Positions 49,297 to 60,977 of a stretch of DNA of 64,000 nt are shown in pieces (the first letter of the stretch is position 1; each line of letters opens with the position of its first letter). The DNA is taken from the NCBI GenBank assembly GCA_013239625.1, contig MU054117.1, positions 994,001-1,058,000 on the forward strand, given 5' to 3'. The position numbers and the translations under genes were made by a program. The notes beneath the pieces are model-generated. The model saw only the letters and a program-made list of their open reading frames with translations, ran no database searches and was not told the origin of the DNA. Source of the stretch: Lama guanicoe (taxonomy: Eukaryota).

Positions 49297-50341
49297 CAAA
49301 AAAAACCTCAATCCAAAAATGGGCGGAAGACCTAAACAAGCACTTCTGCAGTGAAGACATACAAATGGCCAATAGGCACATGAAAAAATGCTCAGTATCA
49401 CTGATTTTCCGAGAAATGCAGATCAAAACTACAGTGCGGTATCACCTCACACCCATCAGAATGGCCATCATTCCAAAGTCCAGGAAGGATAAATGCTGGA
49501 GAGGCTGTGGAGAAAAGGGACCCCTCCTGCACTGTTGGTGGGAATGCAGTTTGGTGCAGCCACTGTGGAAAACAGTATGGAGATTCCTTAAAAAACTAAA
49601 AATAGACTTACCATATGATCCAGCAATCTCACTCCTGGGCATATATCTAGAGGGAACTCAAATTTGAAAAGATACATGTACCCAGTGTTCATAGCAGCAC
49701 TATTTACAATAGCCAAGACATGGGAACAACCCAAATGTCCATGGACAGATGAGTGGATAAAGAAGTTGTGGTGTCTACATACACACATACAGTGGAATAC
49801 TACTCAGCCATAAAAAGTAATAAAATAATGCCATTTGCAGCAACATGGATGGACCTGGAGATGAGTAAGCCAGAAGGAGAAAGAAAAATACCATGTGATA
49901 TTATGTATGGAATCTAAAAGAAAAAAGACACTAATGAACTCATCTACAAAACAGAAACAGACTCACAGATGTAGTAAACAATCTTATGGTTACCTGGGGG
50001 GAAGGGGGTGGAAGGGATAAATTTGGGAGTTCAAGATTTGCAAATATTAACTGTAACTCAATAAAAAAAAATTTAAAAAAGATTCACAGACATTAAGTAC
50101 CATATGTAAAAATAGATTTAAAAAACAGATTTCTTCTGTAGAGCACAAGGAACTGTATTCAGTATCTTGTGATAATCTTTAATGCAAAAGAATGTGAAAA
50201 TGAACACATGTACATGCATGACTGGGAAATTGTGCTGCACACCAGAGACTGACACACTGTAATGGACTATACTTCAGTTTTTAAGTCATTTTTAAAAAAA
50301 GAAAAGAAATGAATGCAGAGACCTAAAAAAAAAAAAAAAAA
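49297..50341 (+). mobile_element. Relatively young 5'-truncated L1 (ORF2 C-terminus, 3'UTR, polyA) in DCP1B intron 5
   Basis: Open peptide [12 protein letters not shown]…[30 protein letters not shown]…[24 protein letters not shown]-run at 50325-50341. Confidence 0.93.
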
Positions 50342-50882
50342 GATTTGGGTCTGGAGAGGCATAGACAGTTAAACAACTGGAAAATGAGCTACAGATTTCT
50401 GAGCTTATGGATGTTCAGTCCTGAGCAGTTTCTCCGTGGAGGTGAGTCTTCAGTGGTGGATGAACAGATGCAGTGACAGACCAAAAAGGCCTAGTCACCT
50501 GGATGACGCAGCTCCCCGGTGGTAAGCCAGGCCCCAAGGGCGTCTCCGGCACTGTCCGTCCCTGAGAACTGTTCCACTCTCTGAGTTTAAACTGCCGCTT
50601 CTCAAGCAGAACCTTGCAGCCTTTGGGCCTGAGGTCCTGCAGGCTGACTGACACTGGGGGTGATGTTTTAGGGCACTGAATTGTGCAACTAAGAAAAATT
50701 AAATTTGAATTTGATTTATACTCAAGTATAGCTCATATCAGAGGAGATGGATTTCCCTTTGCACACGAAAACCTATTTTTTTTAAAGTACCAACTAGATA
50801 AAATAAAGAGCAAGGAGGTATGTTCTTTTAAGAGGATTAAAGCTGCTTTTACACCAAAGTGAGGTTCTTCTCTCCGTTTCAG

Positions 50883-51008
50883 TGTAAGACATGCTCCGAG
50901 CCCAAGCCGATCACCAGCTCACCTGCCGTCCGCCACAGCCCCAGCCTCATCAAGCCCGTCCCGCTGAAGCCCGGCGGCCGGCCGCAGCGCCTCCCTCGGC
51001 CCAGCCAG
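50883..51008 (+). CDS. DCP1B: DCP1B exon 6 (126 nt)
   Basis: tttcag| acceptor; CKTCSEPKPITSSPAVRHSPSLIKPVPLKPGGRPQRLPRPSQ; donor CAG|gtgcca (non-consensus at +4 to +6, but phase 0 fits exon 7). Confidence 0.92.
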
Positions 51009-52486
51009 GTGCCAAGCCCCCTCTCCGCCGCCAGCGCCCAGGGCACGGGGAGGGCCCGGGGCTGTTCAGCCGCTCGGGGGTCAGCCCAGAGAAGACATTT
51101 TTTTCATTACTAATCATTTGCTCTTCCTAGAAAGGGGTTGGGGTTTGGTTTTTTTTTCTCGCTTTTGGCATTTCCGATATTCTGTACTAATCTCTTGTGG
51201 ATTTGAACTCCTTAGAGCATAAAAAGGTATCTTAAAACAGCAATAACCTAGTAAGTATCACGTCAGCTGACGTAGCCTCCCGAGGCCGATGGCTGGTCTC
51301 CCAGGCCCTGGGAGAGCCTCAGCCTCCGCCCCAGGGCTGGGGCTGCCGGTGTGCGCGTGGGAGCCCTGGTCCGAGGACTGGCATCACAGCACCCTGCAGA
51401 GCCTGTGACTTGTCGCTGGGTTTGCATCTGGGATGCAGACACGACCGCGCTTCCGTATGTGTGTGTGTTTTTCAGAGCAGTGCAGCCTTAGCAGACTCGC
51501 TGACCTGCCCGTCCCAGTGCTGAGTGCAGGGGCACGGTGGCTCTTTCTGTTTCTTACGGTTGTTCCTCATTAAAGGTTTTTCCTAAGCACTTGGTTTAAA
51601 CCAATTTTGAGAATGAACATGGAGCCAAAAGACATGAAGGTGGGAGGTGGGGGGGTGCTCAGAGGCGGGTACTAGATAACGTGGGCGGAAATAACCAGAG
51701 GAGGTCAGACTGATGCAAGTCTTACATTGAATTTTTTTAAAGAATAAGCCTTTTCTAATCATCGTTTAGCTTTGATTTTAAGTTTGTATTCCATGGAAAT
51801 TTTCTGTTTTCATAGAGAAGCCAATATGTGTTGACTTGAGAATGAAGCTCATGTTTTCTTAGCCCAACAATAGACAGCAGCAGAAAGAGGCACGGGTGGC
51901 GGGGCGGGAAGAGGGCGGGAAGGGGGCGGGGCGGTGACCAGGCTGGAGTCACTCTCTGGCGGCGGTCGTTAAAGCTTCTCTTCCGTAGTTGAAACGATGG
52001 GATTAGACTCAATGGCATAGGTTTCTTCCCAGCCCTAAACTTCTATAATCCTGTGGAAAGCTACGAGGAATTCTGACATCCTCCTATTTCTCCGTATTCT
52101 CAGCATTGTCTTATACTTCGTAGGGTTAGATGGATGCCCTGTTGAAGAGATTCTTCGCCCTTTAGTGTCTGTGGTTTTGTGCCATGGTGGTCCCCAGTCT
52201 GTGACCCCCGGGCCCATCAAGGGCCGTATGCCTGTGCTATCAGTTGACAGTTACTAAAATCAGCAGCTGCCTTGTGAGTGGTAGGGGGAAGAATGCTGTG
52301 AAAATGTGTGGCATTAAAAAGTTCTCAAAAAAAAAAGCTTTCAAATTTGTAAAGTTTATCATTAAGTGTTTTCATCCTCTCTGACCCTTTGTGAACAGAA
52401 GAAATCATCGGCTAGTGAGCTCCGCTTCGCTGCCCCCGCCCCTGCCCCGCAGAACCAGACTGTGTGTGTGTCTTTATTTTTTCCAG

Positions 52487-53185
52487 ACCTCAGACGCTGA
52501 GCCCCAGCACCTGTCCCTGTCGGCTCTCTTTGGGAAGCAGGACAGAGCTCCGTGTCACGAGCCGGCGGGGCCTCCACGGCACCCCCCGCCGCCACAGGAG
52601 AAGATCCCGGTGAGGCCGGGGGCCGTCTGCTCCCTGTCCCACGAGGAGGCCAGGAGACCCTCACCCTCGCTGGAGGAGCAGCTCTGCCCGGCCATCCAGA
52701 AGCTCCTGGTCCGGGGCACCGACCTCCACCCGCTGTCGGAGCTGCCAGAGCGCCGGCCCTGTGACCACAGAGGGGCCGTTGGGGCGCCCGCCCAGCCCGG
52801 CTCTCCCCACGGCCCTGGGTCCTCCTCCGGTGTGCACAGCGCTCCCAAGACACAGAACCTGCTAGAGAAGCTGCGAGGCAGCTCCCGCATCCCTGCACCT
52901 GCAGTCCCACCACCGCTGGCACATCCCCTCCCGCTGCAGACGCCGGGGCCCCGGGCGCCCGGGAGGGAGCAGCCTGGCGGTCAGTCTGCGGGCCCCGGCC
53001 AGGCCGCCCCGCAGGAGCTGCTGCGGAGGCTTCAGACGGTGCCACAGGAGCCTCCGCTCACGCCCAGCCGCCCCGCCTTGGCCGCCAAGTTCCCCGTGGC
53101 CTCCCCCAGCGCCAGTGCGCCCACCCCACTGGAGCCCTGGAGGGACCGGCCCCCTGGCACGCAGACGCAGGCTCCTCTGCTTCAG
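52487..53185 (+). CDS. DCP1B: DCP1B exon 7 (699 nt, low-complexity Pro-rich linker)
   Basis: tttccag| acceptor; TSDAEPQHLSLSALFGKQD...LCPAIQKLLVR...PQELLRRLQ...RPALAAKFP...APLLQ; donor CAG|gtaggc. Confidence 0.95.
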
Positions 53186-54244
53186 GTAGGCTCTGCGGGG
53201 GGCGCGTGGCAGGGCAGGGGCGGCCTGGCGCGCTGAGAGCCAACCATGCTGTGCACTCCAGCTGATCCGGGTGTGCACCTTCTCCCTGGACGTCCAGGGG
53301 GTCTTTGCCTGGCAATCCCAGAGCCTCCCTCTGCTCAGAGATGCTTCGTTCCTGGAATTCAGTCTTCATCTTACAAGGTTTGAAGGCTTGACAGGGACGT
53401 GGACAGAAACCCATATCTTTGACTTTGGAAACTTAGGGTGCTTTCAAATCATTCTGAGGTGCCAGACGTCTGACCTCGTCTGGTTATTTCCGCCCACAGT
53501 CGGTTATCCTGTGTTCGTTATCCAGTACCCACTTCTGAGCACTCCCACCTGCCGAGCCTGCGCTGCACGTGGGAACGTGGCCATGAAGAGCTGGGGCCCG
53601 TCCCCCGCAGAAGCCGCAGCCTGGGTGCTTGGGGTCAACGGAGGAGCATTTCACTGACCCTGGAAGCGGGGGTCCCAGCGGTGCAGCTGACTGAAGTCAG
53701 GAGAGGGGAGGTGTGCCCTCTGACCCCATGGCATGCACGCTGATTGCCCGAGAGGGGATGCTGTCATCTTCAGAAGTGTCCTGTCCCCCGAGGAAGGCGG
53801 CGCTCTGGTCGCCAGTAGCTCAGAGCAGGGAGAACGCCGGCGCGTTCCCGTTTTCCACTGCCTGTGGGGACATCTAGGGACGGGTCTGATTTTTTTTCCG
53901 TTTGGATTGGTACAAATTCGTTGAAAATGCATTGGGTTTAAAATTAGAAATTTCTCTCTATTTATCACATCGATCCTCATTGGTCCTTCTGCTGTGTTTT
54001 GGCAAGTGGCTTTCAGCCGTTCCTCAGAAATCTTGCCTTTTTTGAAAACAAAGGCCGTAGGTGCAGAGCAGAGTCTGTGTGTACGTGAGACCGAGGGCAA
54101 CAGAGTCGGTCCTCCGGGTAGCGGCCCCGCGCCTGCAGCTGCGAGCAGTTCGCGTCGGGATGCATCCGCTCTGCTGCTCCTTTCACGTCCCCCGCCCCCG
54201 TGTCTCTGTGCTTAGTAACCAGCCATCCCCGGGCTCCCCCGCAG

Positions 54245-54493
54245 GTCCTCTCACCCCAGCGCGTCCCAGCCGCAGCGGCCCCCTCTCTGCTCATGTCCCC
54301 GATGGTGTTCACCCAGCACGCCTGGGCCCCGCCGCAGGACAGGGCCAGCGGGCTCTTGCCCCTGAGAAGCCAAGACCCAGCTGCCACCCCCACCGGCCTC
54401 CTCCTGCCCCTGCAGCCCTCGGAGCCACCCGGGGTCACCGGCAGCCCCCTGACCAAGCTGCAGCTTCAGGAAGCCCTGCTGCACCTCGTCCAG
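54245..54493 (+). CDS. DCP1B: DCP1B exon 8 (249 nt, start of the trimerization domain)
   Basis: cccgcag| acceptor; VLSPQRVPAAAAPSLLMSPMVF...PLTKLQLQEALLHLVQ; donor CAG|gtagga. Confidence 0.96.
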
Positions 54494-56145
54494 GTAGGAG
54501 CCCCCCACCCCCGGCCGCCCCGCGAGGCGCCCCTCGCTGGTGTCTGCTGGGCCGCCCTCCCTGCACCCCACGGTGTCTGTGCACGGTTCCAGAGGAGATT
54601 CAGAAACTGGCTCTGAGTGTCTCAGCTCCGGGAGGGTTTTCTCACTTGGAGGACTGACTGAGTCCTCCGAGCTGCTACCTGTCAGAAGAGGAGGCTGCAG
54701 TGTGTGACCAGGCCACCACGGGAGGGTGCTGGGTGCTGTGGGCCCAGGCGGGTGTCAGCCACACGCCCCACCGCGCCGTGAGCTGAGAGCGAGGGTGAGG
54801 CTTGTGCGGGGCCCCGAGCCAGGCGCTGTCTTCAGCGCTTTGCCAGTGGTGTGAGCCCTTACGCAGCAGTCCGCTGCGGTTTTCTGTCTTAGAGACCAGG
54901 AGACTGAGGCGCAGTGACTGGCCTGAGGTCCCTCAGCCAACGCACGGCACAGCAGGGGCCGCGTGGGGGCAGGACGTCGTGCGGGCGGGGCCGGGGACAA
55001 CGGAGCGGGCGAGCAGGGCTCACCCTGGGCCCGCGCGGGGCCTTGACGAGTGGGGGCTTCTGCGTCTCCTTGGTTTGCGCTTTTGGTGTCTGGTTGGTAG
55101 AGAGTCTTTAATAAGGTTTTTGTGGTTTTGTCGCTTGAGTGTCAGGTGACTGAGAGCGCGGCCAGCACACTTTCTCCTCAGCAGGACAGGAGTCTCCGTC
55201 TTTGCAAAGGGAACGTGTCTCAGAGAGAAGGAAGGGAACAGGGCCAGCAGTCTGCACCTGCGTGTGGGAGCAGAGCACAGGCCGCAGAGGGCCGACCACA
55301 GGTGGCCGCCCCGTGCTGTTTCACAAATAAATACGAAGGTCTTTTCCACCTTTTTTGAAGCCATTCGTGATAAGTTCATGAGGACTTAGGTGGGACATCT
55401 GTAAGCCGTCTCTGAGCAGTAAACAAAAAAGCCTGAAATGTAAATTAAAAGTCCCGGATGTTTCGGGCTCATTCCACTTGTGTTGTTCAGAGATCTCTGT
55501 GCAGAGTCACGACTCTGACAGCCGGGAGCAGCCCCTGGACCTGGCGGTTAGAGGTCGTGTGTCCCCCCACCAGATGCCGCACCTTAGATGCCCTCTTCCC
55601 GGGCGGGGGGCGCTCTGCTCTCGTGTCTGCCTGCTCTTAGGACACCGTCCCGTGCGCGGAGACCGCGGAGGGAGACCAGGGCAGCCCGGCTCCCTTTCCC
55701 TGCGTGAGGACGACGCCAGCCCCGGGTGGGGGACGCCCCGTGAGACCTGGGCGAACTGCCCGAGCGTTCAAGGGTTTGGGTGGGAGAGAGATGCCTCTAG
55801 CATCAGAAGCAAAACCTCTGACTGGACCCGTGATTCCCTCAGCCCCTAGTCAGGCAGGAGAGGCCAGAGACCGCCAGCCCAGCAGCTGCCCGTTTGCCAA
55901 GGCCAGGGCCACGGGCAGCCAGCACCTGCTGCCTCGCCCACTGGCCGCCGAGAACCGGCAGCCGAGCGTGCGGCCGGCCTACGGCCCCCTTGTGTTCTCA
56001 TGTGCCCCTCCACAGCCCCGGCTGTAGCCCAGACGGCTGGAGGTGAGCACCTCGGGCTGAGATGCCCGTCCAGCTCCCAGGCAGGGAGCCTCTGTGCTGC
56101 CCACCAGCGCTCCTTCCCGGGGGCTCTTTTGATTTTGTTTTCCAG

Positions 56146-56226
56146 AATGATGACAGCTTCTTAAATATCATCTACGAAGCTTATCTCTTCAGCACGACGC
56201 AGATGGCCTTGAAGAAGACGCTGTGA
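56146..56226 (+). CDS. DCP1B: DCP1B exon 9, terminal coding part
   Basis: ttttccag| acceptor; NDDSFLNIIYEAYLFSTTQMALKKTL then TGA. Exon lengths sum to 1680 nt = 559 aa plus stop. Confidence 0.97.
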   Translation, partial: NDDSFLNIIYEAYLFSTTQMALKKTL

Positions 56227-56337
56227 CAGCGGGGCGTTTTTAAACTCGTCCTCAAGGTCCTCCAGCTCAAGTTTCTTTCACATCAAATGCTGTTCCCCAA
56301 AATGTTTCTGCCTTTTTTAAAAGTATATGTTATATGA

Positions 56338-56343
56338 AGTAAA
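56338..56343 (+). terminator. Candidate DCP1B polyadenylation signal (variant AGTAAA)
   Basis: About 110 nt after the stop, in an AT-rich block with U-rich sequence downstream. I saw no AATAAA nearby. Confidence 0.5.
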
Positions 56344-59300
56344 ACGTTTCAGACTTTTTTCATCAAGGATTTTTGTAAACAGTTTCATCCTTCGGTGCAC
56401 CTGGGGCTAAGAATTGAGTGGGTGGGAAGAGCCCTTTGCTCGTGTCACATGGCGAACGCCAGGCTCAGGCTGCCGTCCCTCACGTGTGCCAGGCTGTGTC
56501 CAGACACGTTGCTCCCTGTGGGAAGGGCTGCTCTGGGAACTTGTCTGCTTTTTTTATCAACAGCTCCGGTTATTCCTGGAACTCGGAATGTGCCAGCCGC
56601 CAGGTGGCAGTGTCGCCTCGTGACCACTGACACGCCCCGCCGGCCTCCCCGGCCTCACCCACCTCGCAAGTAACAAGTGAAGCCATTTCCCAACAGAGTA
56701 GACCTTTCATTTGTGAAAATCAGTCAGCGCGTTTTCCCTGGGCCTTTGAAGAAGGGAAATTATCTCCAAAGGTGTTTCCCGCCAGTTTCTGGAGGTAGAT
56801 GTCCTGGGAGCCCACAGACGGCCCATGTTTCCTGTGACGCTCCGTCCATCACAGCCAGACTAGCTCCTCTGTGTCTTCTGGACCCAACCAGCCTCTGCTT
56901 CCAAATGAGCTTTTGGTCATTTTCAGCAGAGTATGCCGAGAGCAAGGCCACAGAGGATTTTAAAGCCAGTTCTTGGCCTCCGGGGAGAAGCCGTGCAAGT
57001 CAGGCACAAGGATCGGGACACGCAGGCCGTGGAGCTGACTGACCGCGCGCACGGAGACGGGCGTCATCTTGGGAGCGCGCAGAGGAGCCCTCGCCGAGCT
57101 GTCCTCCGGGGGTCGACGTGGGCACCCATCCCTGCCGAGCGCTGGTGACACACTCTTCAGTTCTACGCCCCGCTCGTGCTAGGCCCATAATGAGGCCTCT
57201 GAAGCCGCATGGGAGACAGCTTCGTCCTCTCCGGGAGGGCGGGGACGAGGCGGGGAAGAAGGTTTCCTGACAGCTTCTGAGCCCGGATGTGCACTGGAAG
57301 CTCCGAGCTGACGCGGGCACTTCTGTCCTGAGGAGCAGAGCGGGGCGGGAAGGGGCCTGGCACCCGCCGGCCGCAACATGGCCCGGGAGCCTGCTGTGAC
57401 CTCCCGATTCCGAAGGGATGGCTTCCTCTCTTCCTCCAACGTCTCCTACAAGGTCCCGCCCATGATAGACCCAGCGGCACACCCTCCAGACACGCGACGC
57501 TCGTGACCGCAAACGCAGCGTTTGGGCATTGGCACGAGTGGGGCGCGGCAGATGCACGTGGACCTGCCCTCCCTGGTCGGTGACTGCTCACCCCTGGGCA
57601 ACATCAGCGTCCTCCACTGCAGGCCACCCTTTAAAACTGAGGTATTTTGAGAATATATGTGTATTCTTGACCTTAATTACATGTGCAGAGTTGCTTCCCA
57701 AGTGGGGAGAAATGAATTCCATTCAAAATTTTTCTAATACATTTGTGGTAGCAAGTGGCCCGTTTCTGAAATGTTATTTTTTAACTTGTTTTGTATAAAT
57801 AGAAAGAAATCTCAGTCGCAGCGCCTGCTGTGAACAGACAGATGTGCGCTGGGGCCGGAGGGTCGCCCCCCTGCCCGGTGTGGTCAGACCCACACCGCAG
57901 GCTTCACTGGGCCTTTTTAGGGCAACACCACGGTGATCTGTTTTGAAAACGAATCCTCCGTCCTTTATTGGAATGAATCACCTTGAAAGTGACAGGCCCA
58001 ATTCATTCAGACCAAAGACCGCGGCGCCCTTCAAAGTGCCCCTGGAGACGGGGTGCCGGCTCCTCCGCGGGACAGCAGGAGCACGTTGCCCTGTGCAGAG
58101 GCCTTCCTGGAGGGTCTGGGAAATGCAGCACCAGAGTGAGATGTCACATAGAAGCTGACTTTCCTCTTTCCTCCTCTGACCCAAATTCTGGGCAGCAGCC
58201 TGAACTTCCAGGTGGAAAGGAGGCCTGAGACGGTCCCCACAGACCCACTACCCCGGCACCACCTTCAGCCCTGGAGAGGTGACGCCCGTCCATCCCGCCT
58301 GGTGCGGGGCAGGACACATGGCCGTGGTCAGACGGACTTGCCCTCTGTCCGGGACAAGGGAGCTTGTCTGCGGTGCTGTCTCCTCACTTGTAGAAGGAGA
58401 GTGACCCGCGCCTCATGGAGTCCTCATGGGGGTTAAACGGGGCGTCACAGGGGACCGGCTCCTCTAAGTAGAGCATGGCCCCTTCTCCCCGACCCCCTTC
58501 GTCAGTGCCGCTCACCCCTTCCTCCCGGAGGAGGCGCCCTGGGCCCTTCAGACGGAGATGTAGCCCAGCTGGTGTCGCTGCTACCACCCTGTCTTGTTGC
58601 AAAGCCAGAGAAGGAGCTGCTGTTGGAATGTACGGTCCTGGGTGTCTCCCCATGCAGAGGCCAGCTTGGAGATGACTGCGGAGGGAGAGAAACCCTCGTC
58701 AGCATCTTCAAGAACCTCCGGGTGCCCCACGGACACCCTCCCACCAGCCTGCTTCCAGCCCTTTCCCAAGGCAGGCCCCAGGCAGAGACTCCAGGCTGGT
58801 CACCGCCCACGGGACCCTGGCCCGGGACAGGCAGGACTCTGACTTCTTCCTCTGGAAGGAGAAGCTCCTCACCGAGGACACCCCCCCGCCCCGCTTAAGG
58901 CAGTTCCAGCTGCTGAGCGTCAGGGAGGAAGCCAACAGCTGACCCCACAAAGGCCCGTGTCCCTGGCGTGTGGCACCGGGGACAGGAGGTGCCACATCAG
59001 GTCCAGGCCTCTGAACACCAGGCTGCACGTGATCCGGCTGGACATCACGTGGACGCAGGGTGGGAGCGGGGCCCGGAGCTGACCTGCAAAGACTGTTGTT
59101 TGTCCGGCGGGCCGGGAGCCCCGGCTGCAGGTGACAGGGCTGCTCACTCCCACCCAGAAGGAGGCCGCCTGCCTCTCCGCCGAGCCTGCTCTGCCCGGAC
59201 GCGTGCCTTCTCTCTTTGCAGAGGGATCGGCCTACTTCCCAGGCGTGGAGCACGGAGCCACCTTTGAAGTTAGGTTTGCTGTGTGCAGTGGCGGGTCGGA

Positions 59301-60858
59301 GCCGCTCTGCTTCGTGGGCAGCTGCCTGGCTGCAGACTGGTGGTCTCCCCGGCATTTTGCTTAATTTTCAGGTTTCAAACCGTCGGCATCCCCCTCCCTC
59401 CTCCGGTTTTGGGGGGAGGGGCGGTTACAAGCACACGGTATGTTTAACTCACCCTCGAGTGCCTACGCAGGGCTTCAGCAAACTGAGCCACGAGTAACGC
59501 TCTGCAGCAGCGTGGAGCCCAGAGAAGAGGGAGCAGATAAAACTGCCAGCTGTGGTCCTAAAATGCCGGGGGAGCTTGAGAGCTGAGCGCTGCCGGCCAT
59601 GTTCTCCCAGGGCTGGCGGTGCCGGGAGGCACTGGGGCTCCGAGCAGCCGGCACAGCCCTGCCGGGCACAGCAGGGAGAAGTAGACAGTGTCCCGGGTGG
59701 GCAGGGAGGGCGGGAGACCTGACAGCTATGGGCCAGAGTCTACTTGGGAAGGCGTGGGGGAGCGTCTCCGAGATGGGCAGGCGCAGAACCAGGCCCCAGA
59801 GCGGTGGCGGGGCTTCCTGGCGCAGGGCGCTGGGGGCGGCGGTCAGACCCGGGTCTGGAAGCCTGGGTGTTCTCCGACGTCCCATCCAGCCGTGTCCCGG
59901 GAGTCTGAAGGACGCAGCCCAGTGAGAGGAAGCTCTAGCTTCTCCAGGGGGGTTTCTCACTTCCTGCAGCCGGCCAGCCGTCAGGCGTCTCAGCGCAGTG
60001 AGAGCAGCGCTGTCCGTGGAGGGGCTGGGGGGCCAGGGTGGAGACCAGTGCCAGGGCCTCATCTGGCCTCCTGTGTCCTTCCTCCACCCAGCCAGCGCCG
60101 CTGAGAAGCCCTGTCCTGTGAGTCTGCCGTGGGAACGTAGATGTGTCTCTGGGCGGAGCCCCGGCTTCCAGGCGGCGTTTCTTGCTGGACCCTTCCGCCA
60201 GTGGCTGGGGTGGGGTCTCTCCGCTGATCCTGGTTGCCTCTGGGGCTCTGCAGGAATCTGTGCAGAACTGGCCCCGCCATGTTCTGCCCACAGCACTCCC
60301 AGGTGTATGAGCTCCCTGTTTGGTCCTCTACTGTGTACCTGTTAGTCCGCCCAGCCTGCCCAGAGACCAAGGAGCTGTGGCTCCACTGAAAATCCATCCA
60401 CGTGCCTGGCCTAGAGCGGTGTCCATTACTGCCAGAGCCACCGTCCCCTCTGGGGGACCTCAGCCCCGGAGCTGGAGAAGCTTCGCCCTCAGTGCTTTCC
60501 TTCTCCTCCCACCCCCACCTCCCTCCACTGGGAGACGCCAGAGGCTGCACCACGTCCTGGGGGCAGATGTCGTCCTGTCCTTCGGAAATGAGCTGCTGTT
60601 TACCACGTGCCAAGTCTGCGTGACACACGTGTGCGGAGACGCGCAGTAAGTGAGACCTGGCCCTGCCCGAGGTCTCACAGCCCAGCTCAGGGGAGATGAA
60701 CTATAAGACGGCCCGGGAGAGGCAGGGATGGTATGGCACAGCTGGAGCAAACGGGGGCTTCGAGAAGGCTCCCAGCCGGAGGATGCCCGAGCTAGTTTTT
60801 AAAGGTAAGACAAAGCGGGGGTTACAGGGGGTCACAGCAGATCAAAAGCGGCAGAGGA

Positions 60859-60977
60859 GGGGGAAGGTGTAGCTCATTGGTGGAGCGTGTGCTTAGCATG
60901 CACCAGGTCCTCAGTTCACTCCCCAGTACCTCCAGTAAAGTCAATGAATGACCCTAATTACCTCTCTCCAAAACAAA
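60859..60977 (+). mobile_element. Vic-1-type tRNA-derived SINE (camelid-specific family)
   Basis: GGGGGAAGGTGTAGCTCATTGGTGGAGCGTGTGCTTAGCATGCACCAGGTCCTCAGTTCACTCCCCAGTACCTCCA…CCTAATTACCTC…AAAA, with A- and B-box remnants and imperfect flanking repeats aaaagcggcagagga / aaagacggcaggga. Confidence 0.85.

Noticed and set aside
60859..60935. tRNA-Ala-like sequence
   Set aside because: Degenerate B box and stems, plus a SINE tail and flanking repeats, make it a SINE rather than a tRNA gene.
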